A stretch of DNA of 64,000 nucleotides from Methylotenera sp. (GTDB lineage Bacteria > Pseudomonadota > Gammaproteobacteria > Burkholderiales > Methylophilaceae): NCBI GenBank assembly GCA_031373695.1, contig JANMNC010000199.1, forward strand, positions 162 to 64,161, written 5' to 3'. The position numbers and the translations under genes were made by a program. Below are positions 19,923 to 28,552 of this stretch, piece after piece. The notes under the pieces were generated by a model. The model ran no database searches, was not told the DNA's origin, and saw only the letters and a list, made by a program, of their open reading frames with translations. Numbering within the stretch: position 1 is the first letter of the stretch; every line of letters starts with the position of its first letter.

Positions 19923-20675
19923 TTATCTATTGTTTTTTCGGCGCGAGGCCATCATACCTAACAAAAACAAACCTGCTGATAAAGAGCTCCAAACACCTGG
20001 TTCAGGCACTGCAGAAGTTACTATCAGACCAACACCAATTGCTTTTTTCTCAATAAATGCTTGCTCAGGGCCTACACCTGCCTCGGTATAAGCTGTAAGC
20101 AGGTTTTCTACCGTAATGTTAACGATGTTGGCATTGCTCAACCAACCAGTAAGGCCTGATTTTGAGGCCGTGCTGTTAGTAATCGATGCTGATGCCTGCC
20201 AATCATGATTGCTACCGTCGATAATATTGAGTGGCGTGGCACTAGAAACAATTAATGAGCTTGACGTATTAGTGGCAGCAAAATTAGCACCGTCAAAAGC
20301 ACGTAACTGGCCATTTACACTAACAAAACTATCGGCACCACGTAAAATATAGTCACCAAACTCTGTTAAATCAATTGAGCCAAACTTAAAACCGCCTTTT
20401 GCAACAAGCTGCATGCCATTGATGGTTGAGTTGGTGGTAGCGATGCCCAAACCATTAAGTGATTCGGCCTTGAAGTTATTAGGTGTGAAAAAAATATTAT
20501 TACCAGCTAAAGTGGGCGACCCAAACAAGCCTAACTTGGTATCATCGTAAATCACATCAAAATCTGTGCCTGCTATAGTTTGAATAGCCGCAAACGCTGG
20601 CGATGCAATTAACAAACCAAATACAAAACTAATTAAATTTATTTTCACGATTGCCCCAAATTTCAGTTTAAACAT
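19923..20675 (-). CDS. PEP-CTERM sorting domain protein
   Basis: Signal peptide (AFA-A) and C-terminal VPEPGVWSSL + TM + RRKNNR. Confidence 0.92.
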   Translation of the reverse strand: MFKLKFGAIVKINLISFVFGLLIASPAFAAIQTIAGTDFDVIYDDTKLGLFGSPTLAGNNIFFTPNNFKAESLNGLGIATTNSTINGMQLVAKGGFKFGSIDLTEFGDYILRGADSFVSVNGQLRAFDGANFAATNTSSSLIVSSATPLNIIDGSNHDWQASASITNSTASKSGLTGWLSNANIVNITVENLLTAYTEAGVGPEQAFIEKKAIGVGLIVTSAVPEPGVWSSLSAGLFLLGMMASRRKNNR

Positions 20676-20722
20676 TTACAACCGTAATATATAAGGCGCA
20701 AGTGACAAGCTATTGAATTAAT

Positions 20723-20740
20723 CTAGTCCGTTCGGCTTAG
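20723..20740. promoter_or_regulatory. Palindromic operator copy (candidate EpsA box)
   Basis: CTAGTCCG-TT-CGGCTTAG, centred about 56 bp upstream of the PEP-CTERM ATG. Confidence 0.7.
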
Positions 20741-20773
20741 CTAAACCTGCTTATTTAAAAATCATATCTACGT

Positions 20774-21982
20774 TTAAAAATCGTACCTCAAAGTGAAGTT
20801 GATATTATTAAATTGATAGCTCTGGCTGTCGATGCTTGAGGTGCGCTTTTCGCCTTGATATTGCAATTGCACTAAAGACCTAGCTGTAGGCAGATATTGC
20901 AAAGATAAATTAGCTGTTATTGACTCATCATCGCGGTCGCTGCTGTTAGCTGTTAAAAAGCCAGTATTACCTAAGTAATCTCGCTCTTCAAAACCTAAAC
21001 CGCCACGCAAAGCAACTTTGCTTGTAATGTTCCAGCTTGAGTTAAAATTTGCGCCCGTAGCTTGCACGTAGTTTGATTCAATATCTTCAATGGGTGATAC
21101 TTCTTTATAGGCTGATACACCAACATTTACCTTGCCTGAGAGTGCATAATCAACAATCCAGCGCTGACTAAAACCACTAAAATCACGTTGTGATTTATCT
21201 TTATATGCGATGCTCACTTGCGACAAACGTGTGCTGATTCTAGTTTTTTGACTAGGCTGCCAAGCCGCTGTGGCAATAATAGACTCTAACTTGCTTTCAT
21301 TTCCAAAAAAGAATTGTGTCGCGCCTTCTCTATTAGGATAGCTAGACTCATTGATGCGATAAGACAAGCCAAGCTGGGTTGCTAGCGTATTTTGATAACG
21401 CACGCCAGTTTCAAAAACCTCATCTTTTCTATCTTGTGAAATAAAACTACTGAGTTCATTTTCGGTTTCTGTATGCTCACCTGTCGCATGCAATGTCCAA
21501 TCTGGTTGTAAGCTCCAGTTAATACTCGCCGACTTACGGGTAGAAGTTCTGGTATTTTTAACAGGGCTTCTAACTTCGTTAAAGCCCGCTATACCTTCAC
21601 TTTTACTGGTGTTTAATACGCCATAAAAGTCGTTACCTAGGCGCCAATTCCAGCCTAAGCCATATGAATTACCAGTGTTATCCAAAAGATCAAATCGATT
21701 GTACTTACTCTCGTTAATATTGGCAGATAGTGTGACCAACTGCCTACTTAACCTTAAATTTGCATTAGCACCAAAATCAATGCGCTTAACCAAATCGGCT
21801 GTTTCAGACGAGCCAAAAGCGGCTTGCGCCTGTGTGGGCGATGAAAAGCGAAATACATTATCATCATAATTAACACTGGTACTTATATAAGGCGTTACAT
21901 CCACAATGCCTTCAGCAAATATGGGTGTAGCAACTAACAGCAAGCACCAGAAAGGTACTTTTTTAAGCCCATTACTTAACAT
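20774..21982 (-). CDS. epsL: Outer membrane beta-barrel protein EpsL (XrtB/PEP-CTERM-associated)
   Basis: Start at ATG 21982 coupled (TAATG) to the upstream stop; signal peptide, YDDNVFR motif, alternating strands and C-terminal LRYDF. Confidence 0.85.
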   Translation of the reverse strand: MLSNGLKKVPFWCLLLVATPIFAEGIVDVTPYISTSVNYDDNVFRFSSPTQAQAAFGSSETADLVKRIDFGANANLRLSRQLVTLSANINESKYNRFDLLDNTGNSYGLGWNWRLGNDFYGVLNTSKSEGIAGFNEVRSPVKNTRTSTRKSASINWSLQPDWTLHATGEHTETENELSSFISQDRKDEVFETGVRYQNTLATQLGLSYRINESSYPNREGATQFFFGNESKLESIIATAAWQPSQKTRISTRLSQVSIAYKDKSQRDFSGFSQRWIVDYALSGKVNVGVSAYKEVSPIEDIESNYVQATGANFNSSWNITSKVALRGGLGFEERDYLGNTGFLTANSSDRDDESITANLSLQYLPTARSLVQLQYQGEKRTSSIDSQSYQFNNINFTLRYDF

Positions 21983-22653
21983 TACCAATACTGCCAATGT
22001 CCAGTAAAAACAATCCAAACACCCAGTAAAGCATTGGTTACCGCATGTGCAAAAATAGGTATCCACAGGTTTCTATAGGTTTTGTACAGCTCACCATAAA
22101 CCAACCCAGCAAATAAACCTGCCAACCATAAGTTATGCTCTAAGGCAAATAGGCAAGCGCTACCTACATAAGCGTAGCCTGATATTCTTTGTGGAGATAC
22201 TTTAAGAAAGTTTTCATTATCAAACCAGCGCATAATGAACGAGCGCCAAAAAAGCTCTTCCATAACAGGCACTAGCAAAGCCGCACCTAATAAGCGAATA
22301 GATACCCAAAAAATGGCTTCTAATTGGCTAGCATTCTGAAACGGATTAAAGCCTTGTGTATCATTACCCCCCATCCAGTTGGGGTATGGGAATATCCAAA
22401 TGACAAAAACCATTAACCCTGCAATGCCTGCGTACAAAAAGTCTTCGGCTGCAGGCTTTATCTTTAGCTCTACGTATTCGCGCCAAAAATAAGTAATTAG
22501 CGCTAATACCACAGCAATTCTAATCACGTATAACCACTTAGCATCAACCTGCAACCAATTGAATAGTTGGGTTAAATAATCACCAAGCGCTAAAAATAAA
22601 ATAAAAACTGCAAAGGGTAATGCTCTAGCAAGCACTGTACGTTCTATCGCCAT
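21982..22653 (-). CDS. CAAX prenyl protease-related (CPBP/Abi) intramembrane protease, PEP-CTERM-associated type
   Basis: MEELFWR, FALEH and HAVTN catalytic motifs; multiple TM segments. Confidence 0.9.
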   Translation of the reverse strand: MAIERTVLARALPFAVFILFLALGDYLTQLFNWLQVDAKWLYVIRIAVVLALITYFWREYVELKIKPAAEDFLYAGIAGLMVFVIWIFPYPNWMGGNDTQGFNPFQNASQLEAIFWVSIRLLGAALLVPVMEELFWRSFIMRWFDNENFLKVSPQRISGYAYVGSACLFALEHNLWLAGLFAGLVYGELYKTYRNLWIPIFAHAVTNALLGVWIVFTGHWQYW

Positions 22654-22748
22654 GTTTTGCTCACAATTAAAACATGTATGTTACGTAGCTATTATGACGG
22701 TATTATTTCTTTGTCATATTTGAGAAAGTAATGCAGCACTTATTAAAA

Positions 22749-23444
22749 CTAGTAAGCCAATTTTTTGCTGCTAAATTTTTCGTCGTCAAGTTTATCTTGA
22801 TGATTTTGCAGTATATTTTCTAAATCAACTCGCTTTAACTGAAAAAACTGCTCTTTGCGCATAGCCGCTTCATAACTACTTGGCTTGTCATAAATGTTTA
22901 TTAAGTCTGATCCAAATTGATGTAATTTAGTATTTTTTACCTCACAAGTATTCAGTAATTTAGTCGTGTCAGCCAGATTGGTTGAGATAGTTTTACGTTG
23001 ATTATCGTTAAATTTCAAATCTGCCAAAGCCTGTGTGTGCAACACTTTTAAATCTGCTAAGTTTTTTTGTGTTTCCTCTAAATTGGTTTGCGTTTGCAGT
23101 AGCTTTGTTTCAACCGCTAGTTTCTCGTCTTTAGTTTTTGTAAGCTCGGTTTGTAAGTTTTTAGTTTTGCGCTCAGACAACACCAATTGATTATTTAGCT
23201 TGGTTAGCTCTTCATCTTTAAATTTTAATTGATCATCTAACTGTTTTTTTTGCAAATCAAACTGCGCCTGCATATTGGTTCTTTCCAACGCCATGTCTTG
23301 CTGCATTTTTTGCATCATTAATGCAGCACGCCTTGCAGATTTATCTTTTTTTTCGGCGGCCAATACGCTTTGTGGGAAAATAAACCCTGCCACTAAAGCC
23401 ATAATTAGCAAACCAATAATTTTTTGAGTAAGCTTTAATTCCAT
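22749..23444 (-). CDS. Exported coiled-coil protein of unknown function
   Basis: Signal peptide (VLA-AE), long heptad-rich helix and a conserved-looking C-terminus (CEVKN...KRVDLENILQ); directly follows the porin gene. Confidence 0.75.
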   Translation of the reverse strand: MELKLTQKIIGLLIMALVAGFIFPQSVLAAEKKDKSARRAALMMQKMQQDMALERTNMQAQFDLQKKQLDDQLKFKDEELTKLNNQLVLSERKTKNLQTELTKTKDEKLAVETKLLQTQTNLEETQKNLADLKVLHTQALADLKFNDNQRKTISTNLADTTKLLNTCEVKNTKLHQFGSDLINIYDKPSSYEAAMRKEQFFQLKRVDLENILQNHQDKLDDEKFSSKKLAY

Positions 23445-23456
23445 TTTCACTCTCAA

Positions 23457-25091
23457 TTAAAATTTAGCAATAAAATCGAGCAAGAACACATCAATACCTA
23501 GTGTAGGGCCGCTGATGGTATCAGTACTGAAATAACGCGCGCTTAGCCAAGCGTTTTTATCCAAGCCATATTGCCCAGATAACAACCAACCTTTAGCATC
23601 TGAACCGCCTGAGTGAAAATTAGAGTCGGTTAAGCCATCTAAAACCGCATCTGCTTCAATATATTTGTATCCCAAAGCAACTTGCCAATCATGCTTTTTC
23701 ACTTCAATATTCGCTGGCGCTGAAAAGCTGTTGTGACCAACATCTAAGCGTAATTGGTAGCCATCTGTTTCGTCTTTATAGCTGTTGCCAGTGCGCTTAC
23801 GTATTTCATCCGCATCAAAACCAATGTTCTTCACATAATCGCCTGTCAAAGTAACATGCACAGGGCTAAATGTCATGAGATCTACTTGGCCGGTTAAATT
23901 GATTTGCTCAAATTTAGAGGCCAAAGCAATTTGGCTTACACCTGGTGTGACAAGCCCACTATTAAGTGTGTTGATATTAAAAGTGTTGTTACCCTTTTGC
24001 CTAAATGCAGGCACGGTTGCATTAAAAAAATCTAAACCAGTAGGGTTTGATTGCCCTTCTACATTTTTGTAATCATGGTAAGCAACCGCTAAACGTGCAG
24101 TGGTTTTATCTGCCGCTTTCCACTGAATACCTGTTTGCAATGAATACAGCCATTTATCATCTGCTTTATTCACTTCAGAGGATTGAATCTCTTCTAAGGG
24201 AAAAGCGCCAATAGTAGTGAATGTAGACCAACGCTCATTAATTTTAGGATTAAAGGTTGCCACAACACCGTCAAAAGCCAAATCAGGATCCCACAGCAAA
24301 TCTGTGTGAAAAAACGGATTAGCAAAACGACCACCTTCTAATGTAGCCCAATCGGTAGGCTTAGCTTTTAAAAATGCGCGATCTAAACCAAACACAAATT
24401 TGCCTTGTAAAATACCTTCGGTCTGATTTGGGGTTAAAGGGGTATTTAAAAAACCAGTAGTAAATTGCAAGCCACCTGTTAGCCAATCGTTAACTTTGAC
24501 TTCAGCCCCTAAACGGGCTCTTAATCGTAATCGCCTGCGCTCTTCAGATGAGTTAAGTATATTGGCGTTACGCAATGGGTTATTTAAAACCGCAATTGAT
24601 GCATTATTGTCACTGAATGAGTCATTTTGATAGCGTAAACGTATGTCACCATTAAATGCAATCCTATCCAACCAACTCGGCAAACCCAGACGCTCACCCG
24701 CCTTATAGTTAAGCTTTGCCATCACATCTTTTTTAATTTCTTCGCGCATTTCTTTTTTAACGTGCTCTGGCACATATTGCACACGTACCGATTTTTCGTC
24801 TTGTGCTATACCCGCTTCAGGGTTAGTAGCATCTGCAGCCTCTTTTGCCCTAGCTTGCTTGACTTGTTTGGCGGCATCTTCAGTGGCTTTTTTCACTATT
24901 GCATCAGCCTTATCTTTATTAAGCACACCTTCTTGCACTAACAAATCGATTAAATTCGTAGTAGTTGCTTTTAATTGCTCTAGCGATTCACGCTCATCTG
25001 CAATGGCTAGGTTTGCATTTGCAATTAAGCCTATTGTTAACAGAGTTGCTGTTGCAAGCTTGTTGATTGGCAAATTATGTGTATTTAGCAT
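23457..25091 (-). CDS. Putative porin (Porin_5-like beta-barrel) with N-terminal periplasmic helical domain
   Basis: Signal peptide, LIDLLVQEGVL helix, VRVQYVPE, GDIRLRY, RLRLRARLG and WDPDLAFDG motifs, C-terminal Phe. Confidence 0.82.
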   Translation of the reverse strand: MLNTHNLPINKLATATLLTIGLIANANLAIADERESLEQLKATTTNLIDLLVQEGVLNKDKADAIVKKATEDAAKQVKQARAKEAADATNPEAGIAQDEKSVRVQYVPEHVKKEMREEIKKDVMAKLNYKAGERLGLPSWLDRIAFNGDIRLRYQNDSFSDNNASIAVLNNPLRNANILNSSEERRRLRLRARLGAEVKVNDWLTGGLQFTTGFLNTPLTPNQTEGILQGKFVFGLDRAFLKAKPTDWATLEGGRFANPFFHTDLLWDPDLAFDGVVATFNPKINERWSTFTTIGAFPLEEIQSSEVNKADDKWLYSLQTGIQWKAADKTTARLAVAYHDYKNVEGQSNPTGLDFFNATVPAFRQKGNNTFNINTLNSGLVTPGVSQIALASKFEQINLTGQVDLMTFSPVHVTLTGDYVKNIGFDADEIRKRTGNSYKDETDGYQLRLDVGHNSFSAPANIEVKKHDWQVALGYKYIEADAVLDGLTDSNFHSGGSDAKGWLLSGQYGLDKNAWLSARYFSTDTISGPTLGIDVFLLDFIAKF

Positions 25092-25131
25092 GCTTAATCT
25101 CACTGATTTCTGATTAATATTGTGTTTATAT

Positions 25132-25848
25132 TTAACCCATTTTGCGCGCAGTGATGCGTAGCTTAATGGGTTGCGGCATATTTTCTGGGGGGGCTTCGCG
25201 CATGGCGGGCATGTTATCTAATGCAGTTTTTACAGCTTGTTCAATTTCTGGGTTAGCGTCAGATTGCGCCCACTCTAATTTCTCTATATCGCCATTTTTT
25301 TTCAACCAAACACTAACTATCAATTTATATTGGCCTTGGGCTAATTTTTTATCTTTTTCTAGTGCTGTTTCTATTTGATTTTTTACAATACCGGCATACC
25401 AGTTAAATTTGGCACCACCATCAGAACCAATAGTTTTAACATCACCACCTTTGTAATCGTTGTTAACAGTGCCTGCCGCAAAAGCACTTGGTCCATCACC
25501 CGCAGGGCCTTCCATTTTTATCTGTTCAGCCGGCGGTGCTTCTGCAGGTTTAGGTTGCTCTACTTTCATTTCTTTAGGCGCATCTGGTTTAGGCTGTTCT
25601 TTAGGTGGCTCTTTTGGTGGTGGAGGCGGCGGGGGTGGAGGCGTGTCAGGGATTAATTTAATCGTTGTCACCTGTTTTTTCATTGTTGATCCACCAGACA
25701 TTAAGGTGCTAATGCCATAGCCAATACTTGCCAACACAACGATTATGACTAGCGCAACAGCAATACGCTTCAACCAAATGCGTACCAGTGACTCGTCGTC
25801 TTCATCATCTAATATGGGGTCGTGTGCTGTGTTAAAAGTTGCTTGCAT
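25132..25848 (-). CDS. TonB/TolA-like energy transducer
   Basis: Single N-terminal TM, poly-Pro linker (PPPPPPPPP) and a TonB-C-like C-terminal domain. Confidence 0.85.
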   Translation of the reverse strand: MQATFNTAHDPILDDEDDESLVRIWLKRIAVALVIIVVLASIGYGISTLMSGGSTMKKQVTTIKLIPDTPPPPPPPPPKEPPKEQPKPDAPKEMKVEQPKPAEAPPAEQIKMEGPAGDGPSAFAAGTVNNDYKGGDVKTIGSDGGAKFNWYAGIVKNQIETALEKDKKLAQGQYKLIVSVWLKKNGDIEKLEWAQSDANPEIEQAVKTALDNMPAMREAPPENMPQPIKLRITARKMG

Positions 25849-25857
25849 GGTTAAGCC

Positions 25858-26262
25858 TTAAGACCCTATTCGACCCGTAACTAATCCTACATTTTCAATT
25901 TGTAGCTTATTTACCAAGTCAATTACACTCACAACGCCTGCATAAGGTGCCTTTGCGTCACCTTTAATCATCACATTAAATTTTTCATCCGCTACTTTGG
26001 CAGCACTTAATTGGCTTTCAAGCTCAGCCATGCTCACACCAGCACCATTAATGGTGACACCGCCACCTTGTTGCACTTGAACAATTTTTATATCATGTTT
26101 TTCAGTGCTAGGCTTGTTAGACGGCTTAGGCAGGTTCATGGTTAAACCTTGCACACCTGCGGTGGTCATCAAAATAAAAATTACCAGCAGTACATAGGCC
26201 AAATCGAGCATTGGCGTGATGTTGATGGTATCGTATGGTTGTGCATCGTTTTGTACTTGCAT
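25858..26262 (-). CDS. exbD: Biopolymer transporter ExbD
   Basis: INITPMLDLAYVLLVIF TM segment with the conserved Asp; KGDAKAPY motif. Confidence 0.92.
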   Translation of the reverse strand: MQVQNDAQPYDTINITPMLDLAYVLLVIFILMTTAGVQGLTMNLPKPSNKPSTEKHDIKIVQVQQGGGVTINGAGVSMAELESQLSAAKVADEKFNVMIKGDAKAPYAGVVSVIDLVNKLQIENVGLVTGRIGS

Positions 26263-26277
26263 AATTAATTCAAACCT

Positions 26278-26688
26278 TTAACCAGCCACTTTTTTAGTTA
26301 CCAAGCCTACTTCAGTAATATCCAGTTTCTTGCAAATCTCTAGCACTTCGGCTACTTTTTCATAATGTGCGGCGGCGTCACCTTTTAGCACAACTGGCAG
26401 CTCTGGATTGCCACTTTTAAATTCACCCAAACGCTGCTCTAACATCGCCATATCTACTGGGTAGGCATCTAGATAAACGCTACCGTCACTGGTAATAGTG
26501 ATAGCACGCATCTGAGGTTTGGCTAGCGCTGCAGAATTAACAGTCTCAGGCGTATCTACTTTTACGCCTTGCACCGATGCGGTTGTCATGATGATAAAAA
26601 TCACCAGTAATACATAAGCCAGATCCAACATTGGCGTAATGTTAATCTCGTCGTATAGCTGGTTCTCTTCTTTTATACCTTCTGACAT
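26278..26688 (-). CDS. exbD: Biopolymer transporter ExbD
   Basis: EINITPMLDLAYVLLVIF TM segment; VLKGDAAAHY motif. Confidence 0.92.
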   Translation of the reverse strand: MSEGIKEENQLYDEINITPMLDLAYVLLVIFIIMTTASVQGVKVDTPETVNSAALAKPQMRAITITSDGSVYLDAYPVDMAMLEQRLGEFKSGNPELPVVLKGDAAAHYEKVAEVLEICKKLDITEVGLVTKKVAG

Positions 26689-26691
26689 AGC

Positions 26692-28407
26692 TTATTCTTT
26701 ACCAAACAACTCAGCAGAGCGCGTAACAAATTCATCCACAAAAATCTGCATGGCAATGGTGATGTTTTTAATACGACTGGCTAAATAGTTGTAGCCAAAT
26801 AGCGCTGGAATGGCCACTGCCAAGCCTGCAACGGTTGCCAGTAAAGCAGCAGCAATACCTGGTGCAATAGCATTAACGTTTACATCACCCGCCGCCGCAA
26901 TGGCTGCAAAGGTAATCATCACGCCTACTACCGTGCCTAGCAAACCTAAAAATGGGCCGCCAGAAATCGCAATGGTGAGCAACACCATGCCAGCATTTTG
27001 ACGTTGCGTTTCGCGTACCAAGTCGGCATCAATCGCAGCCTTAATTGCATCCATCGAGGCGCCGCTCAAGGATAGTTTTTCGCCTTCATGCTGACGCTTT
27101 TTAATCTCGCGCAAACCTGCTAAATACAATTTATATAAATTAGAGTGTGGGTATTTGCCACCTTTATCTAACTCCAACAAATCGGCAGCATTAGATTTTT
27201 GAAAGCGTGCTAAAAACTTTTTATTGTCTTTGTCGGTGCGCATAACCAGCATGGCTTTGCTCCACATCACCCACACGCTTACTGCAAACATCACCGCTAA
27301 AATAGCAATTACAATTTTGGCATCTAGCGTTAAGCTATTAATTAATATGCCAACATAATTTGCTTCGCCTTCTCCCTCTTCTTCGGCATCACCGCCTTCA
27401 CCTTCGGCTATTGTTAGCAACTTGCTATCAACGCCTTGGCTCATTGCAGTTAACTTTAAGTAACTTACCGTGCGCGCAGCATTGGCTATCTCCAGCTCAT
27501 CTATTTCACCTGCAAAACCCTCACCAATTTTAATATCGGTTGCAGTATCCACCGTTGGCACATCACCCGTTGCAATTTCAACACCGTTTAAAAATAAAAC
27601 CGCTTTTCCTGCATTTAAAGTAAAGGCTACATGCTGCCAAACAGCCGGTTTAAGCTCACCGCCACTGATGGCTATATCGGCCACACTTAAGGTTAGCTTT
27701 TGCGCATCTATGGCTAAATTAATGTTATTTTCTTGGCTATAAAGGCTGGCTGTTTGTGGTAAGGCGGCAGGTTTCACCCAAGCAGACCACGTGTAGCCCG
27801 CACTGGCATTAGTGGCAGCGCTAGCAGGTATCACTAAAGCTTCACCAGTGAAAATAGCACTTTCACCGATTAAACCTGCTTTTTGTGCTGTGATTTTACC
27901 TGTGGCAAATAGACCAGCGGCTGAGCTATCCTGCAACAAAGCTTTTTCTGAGAATTGAAATTTAGCGACTGTATTCGCATCAACCATGATTTTCGGGCTG
28001 GCAGTGCTGGCAGCGCTTTCATTACCAAAATATAACCAGATATGCCCTTCTTTATTGGCTTCGCTTATTTGCGGAACCTGCACCCAGATAATGGCTAGCT
28101 CATTTACTGCATCAAACTTTTCTACATAAAATTTGAGCTCAGTTTTATCGTCTTCTGCAATAAACCGAATATCAGAGCCATCCACATTAACGCTGGTAAA
28201 GTCAAAATTACCAGAATGCAAACGCACTACCACAGATGGCTGAGAAACGGCTTGCGTAATACCTACAGCGTCTATCGTTATTTTTTTTCGCGCAGTCCAA
28301 TCTGGGTTCCACTCAGCATTGGCAAATACCGAAAATGCTAGTAGTACAGAAAAAATCCCGATTGATAAAATGTTTTTTTGAAGTGTTAAAAATTTAGTTG
28401 TCAACAT
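26692..28407 (-). CDS. exbB: DUF2341 + LamG-like domain fused to MotA/TolQ/ExbB proton channel
   Basis: Signal-like N-terminus, W-x-ARKKI...DGSDIRF...WVQVP domain, WQHVAFT LamG-like segment and GPFLGLLGTVVG...PGIAAALLATVAGL ExbB motif; ATG at 28407 preferred. Confidence 0.88.
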   Translation of the reverse strand: MLTTKFLTLQKNILSIGIFSVLLAFSVFANAEWNPDWTARKKITIDAVGITQAVSQPSVVVRLHSGNFDFTSVNVDGSDIRFIAEDDKTELKFYVEKFDAVNELAIIWVQVPQISEANKEGHIWLYFGNESAASTASPKIMVDANTVAKFQFSEKALLQDSSAAGLFATGKITAQKAGLIGESAIFTGEALVIPASAATNASAGYTWSAWVKPAALPQTASLYSQENNINLAIDAQKLTLSVADIAISGGELKPAVWQHVAFTLNAGKAVLFLNGVEIATGDVPTVDTATDIKIGEGFAGEIDELEIANAARTVSYLKLTAMSQGVDSKLLTIAEGEGGDAEEEGEGEANYVGILINSLTLDAKIVIAILAVMFAVSVWVMWSKAMLVMRTDKDNKKFLARFQKSNAADLLELDKGGKYPHSNLYKLYLAGLREIKKRQHEGEKLSLSGASMDAIKAAIDADLVRETQRQNAGMVLLTIAISGGPFLGLLGTVVGVMITFAAIAAAGDVNVNAIAPGIAAALLATVAGLAVAIPALFGYNYLASRIKNITIAMQIFVDEFVTRSAELFGKE

Positions 28408-28453
28408 TGCAAGCTTATTCAAATTTATTGAAATAAAATTGTAATAAGCCAAT

Positions 28454-28482
28454 GTTGCAGCTTGGTTAAAGCAATGTGACAA
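28454..28482 (-). promoter_or_regulatory. Pho-box-like 11-bp direct repeat array upstream of exbB
   Basis: Minus strand reads TTGTCAC-attg-CTTTAAC-caag-CTGCAAC. Confidence 0.5.
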
Positions 28483-28552
28483 ACACAATTAAACGCCTAG
28501 TCCGTTGTAAGAAAAAGCGTTTTATATTGTTTAAAAATATCTCTATAGCTAC

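Noticed and set aside
21983-22066. ORF-track N-terminal extension of epsL (Cys-rich)
   Set aside because: It overlaps the CAAX protease gene in another frame; the coupled ATG at 21982 gives a normal signal peptide.
25612-25645. G-rich tract resembling a G-quadruplex or simple repeat
   Set aside because: Fully explained by the poly-proline codons of the TonB-like linker.
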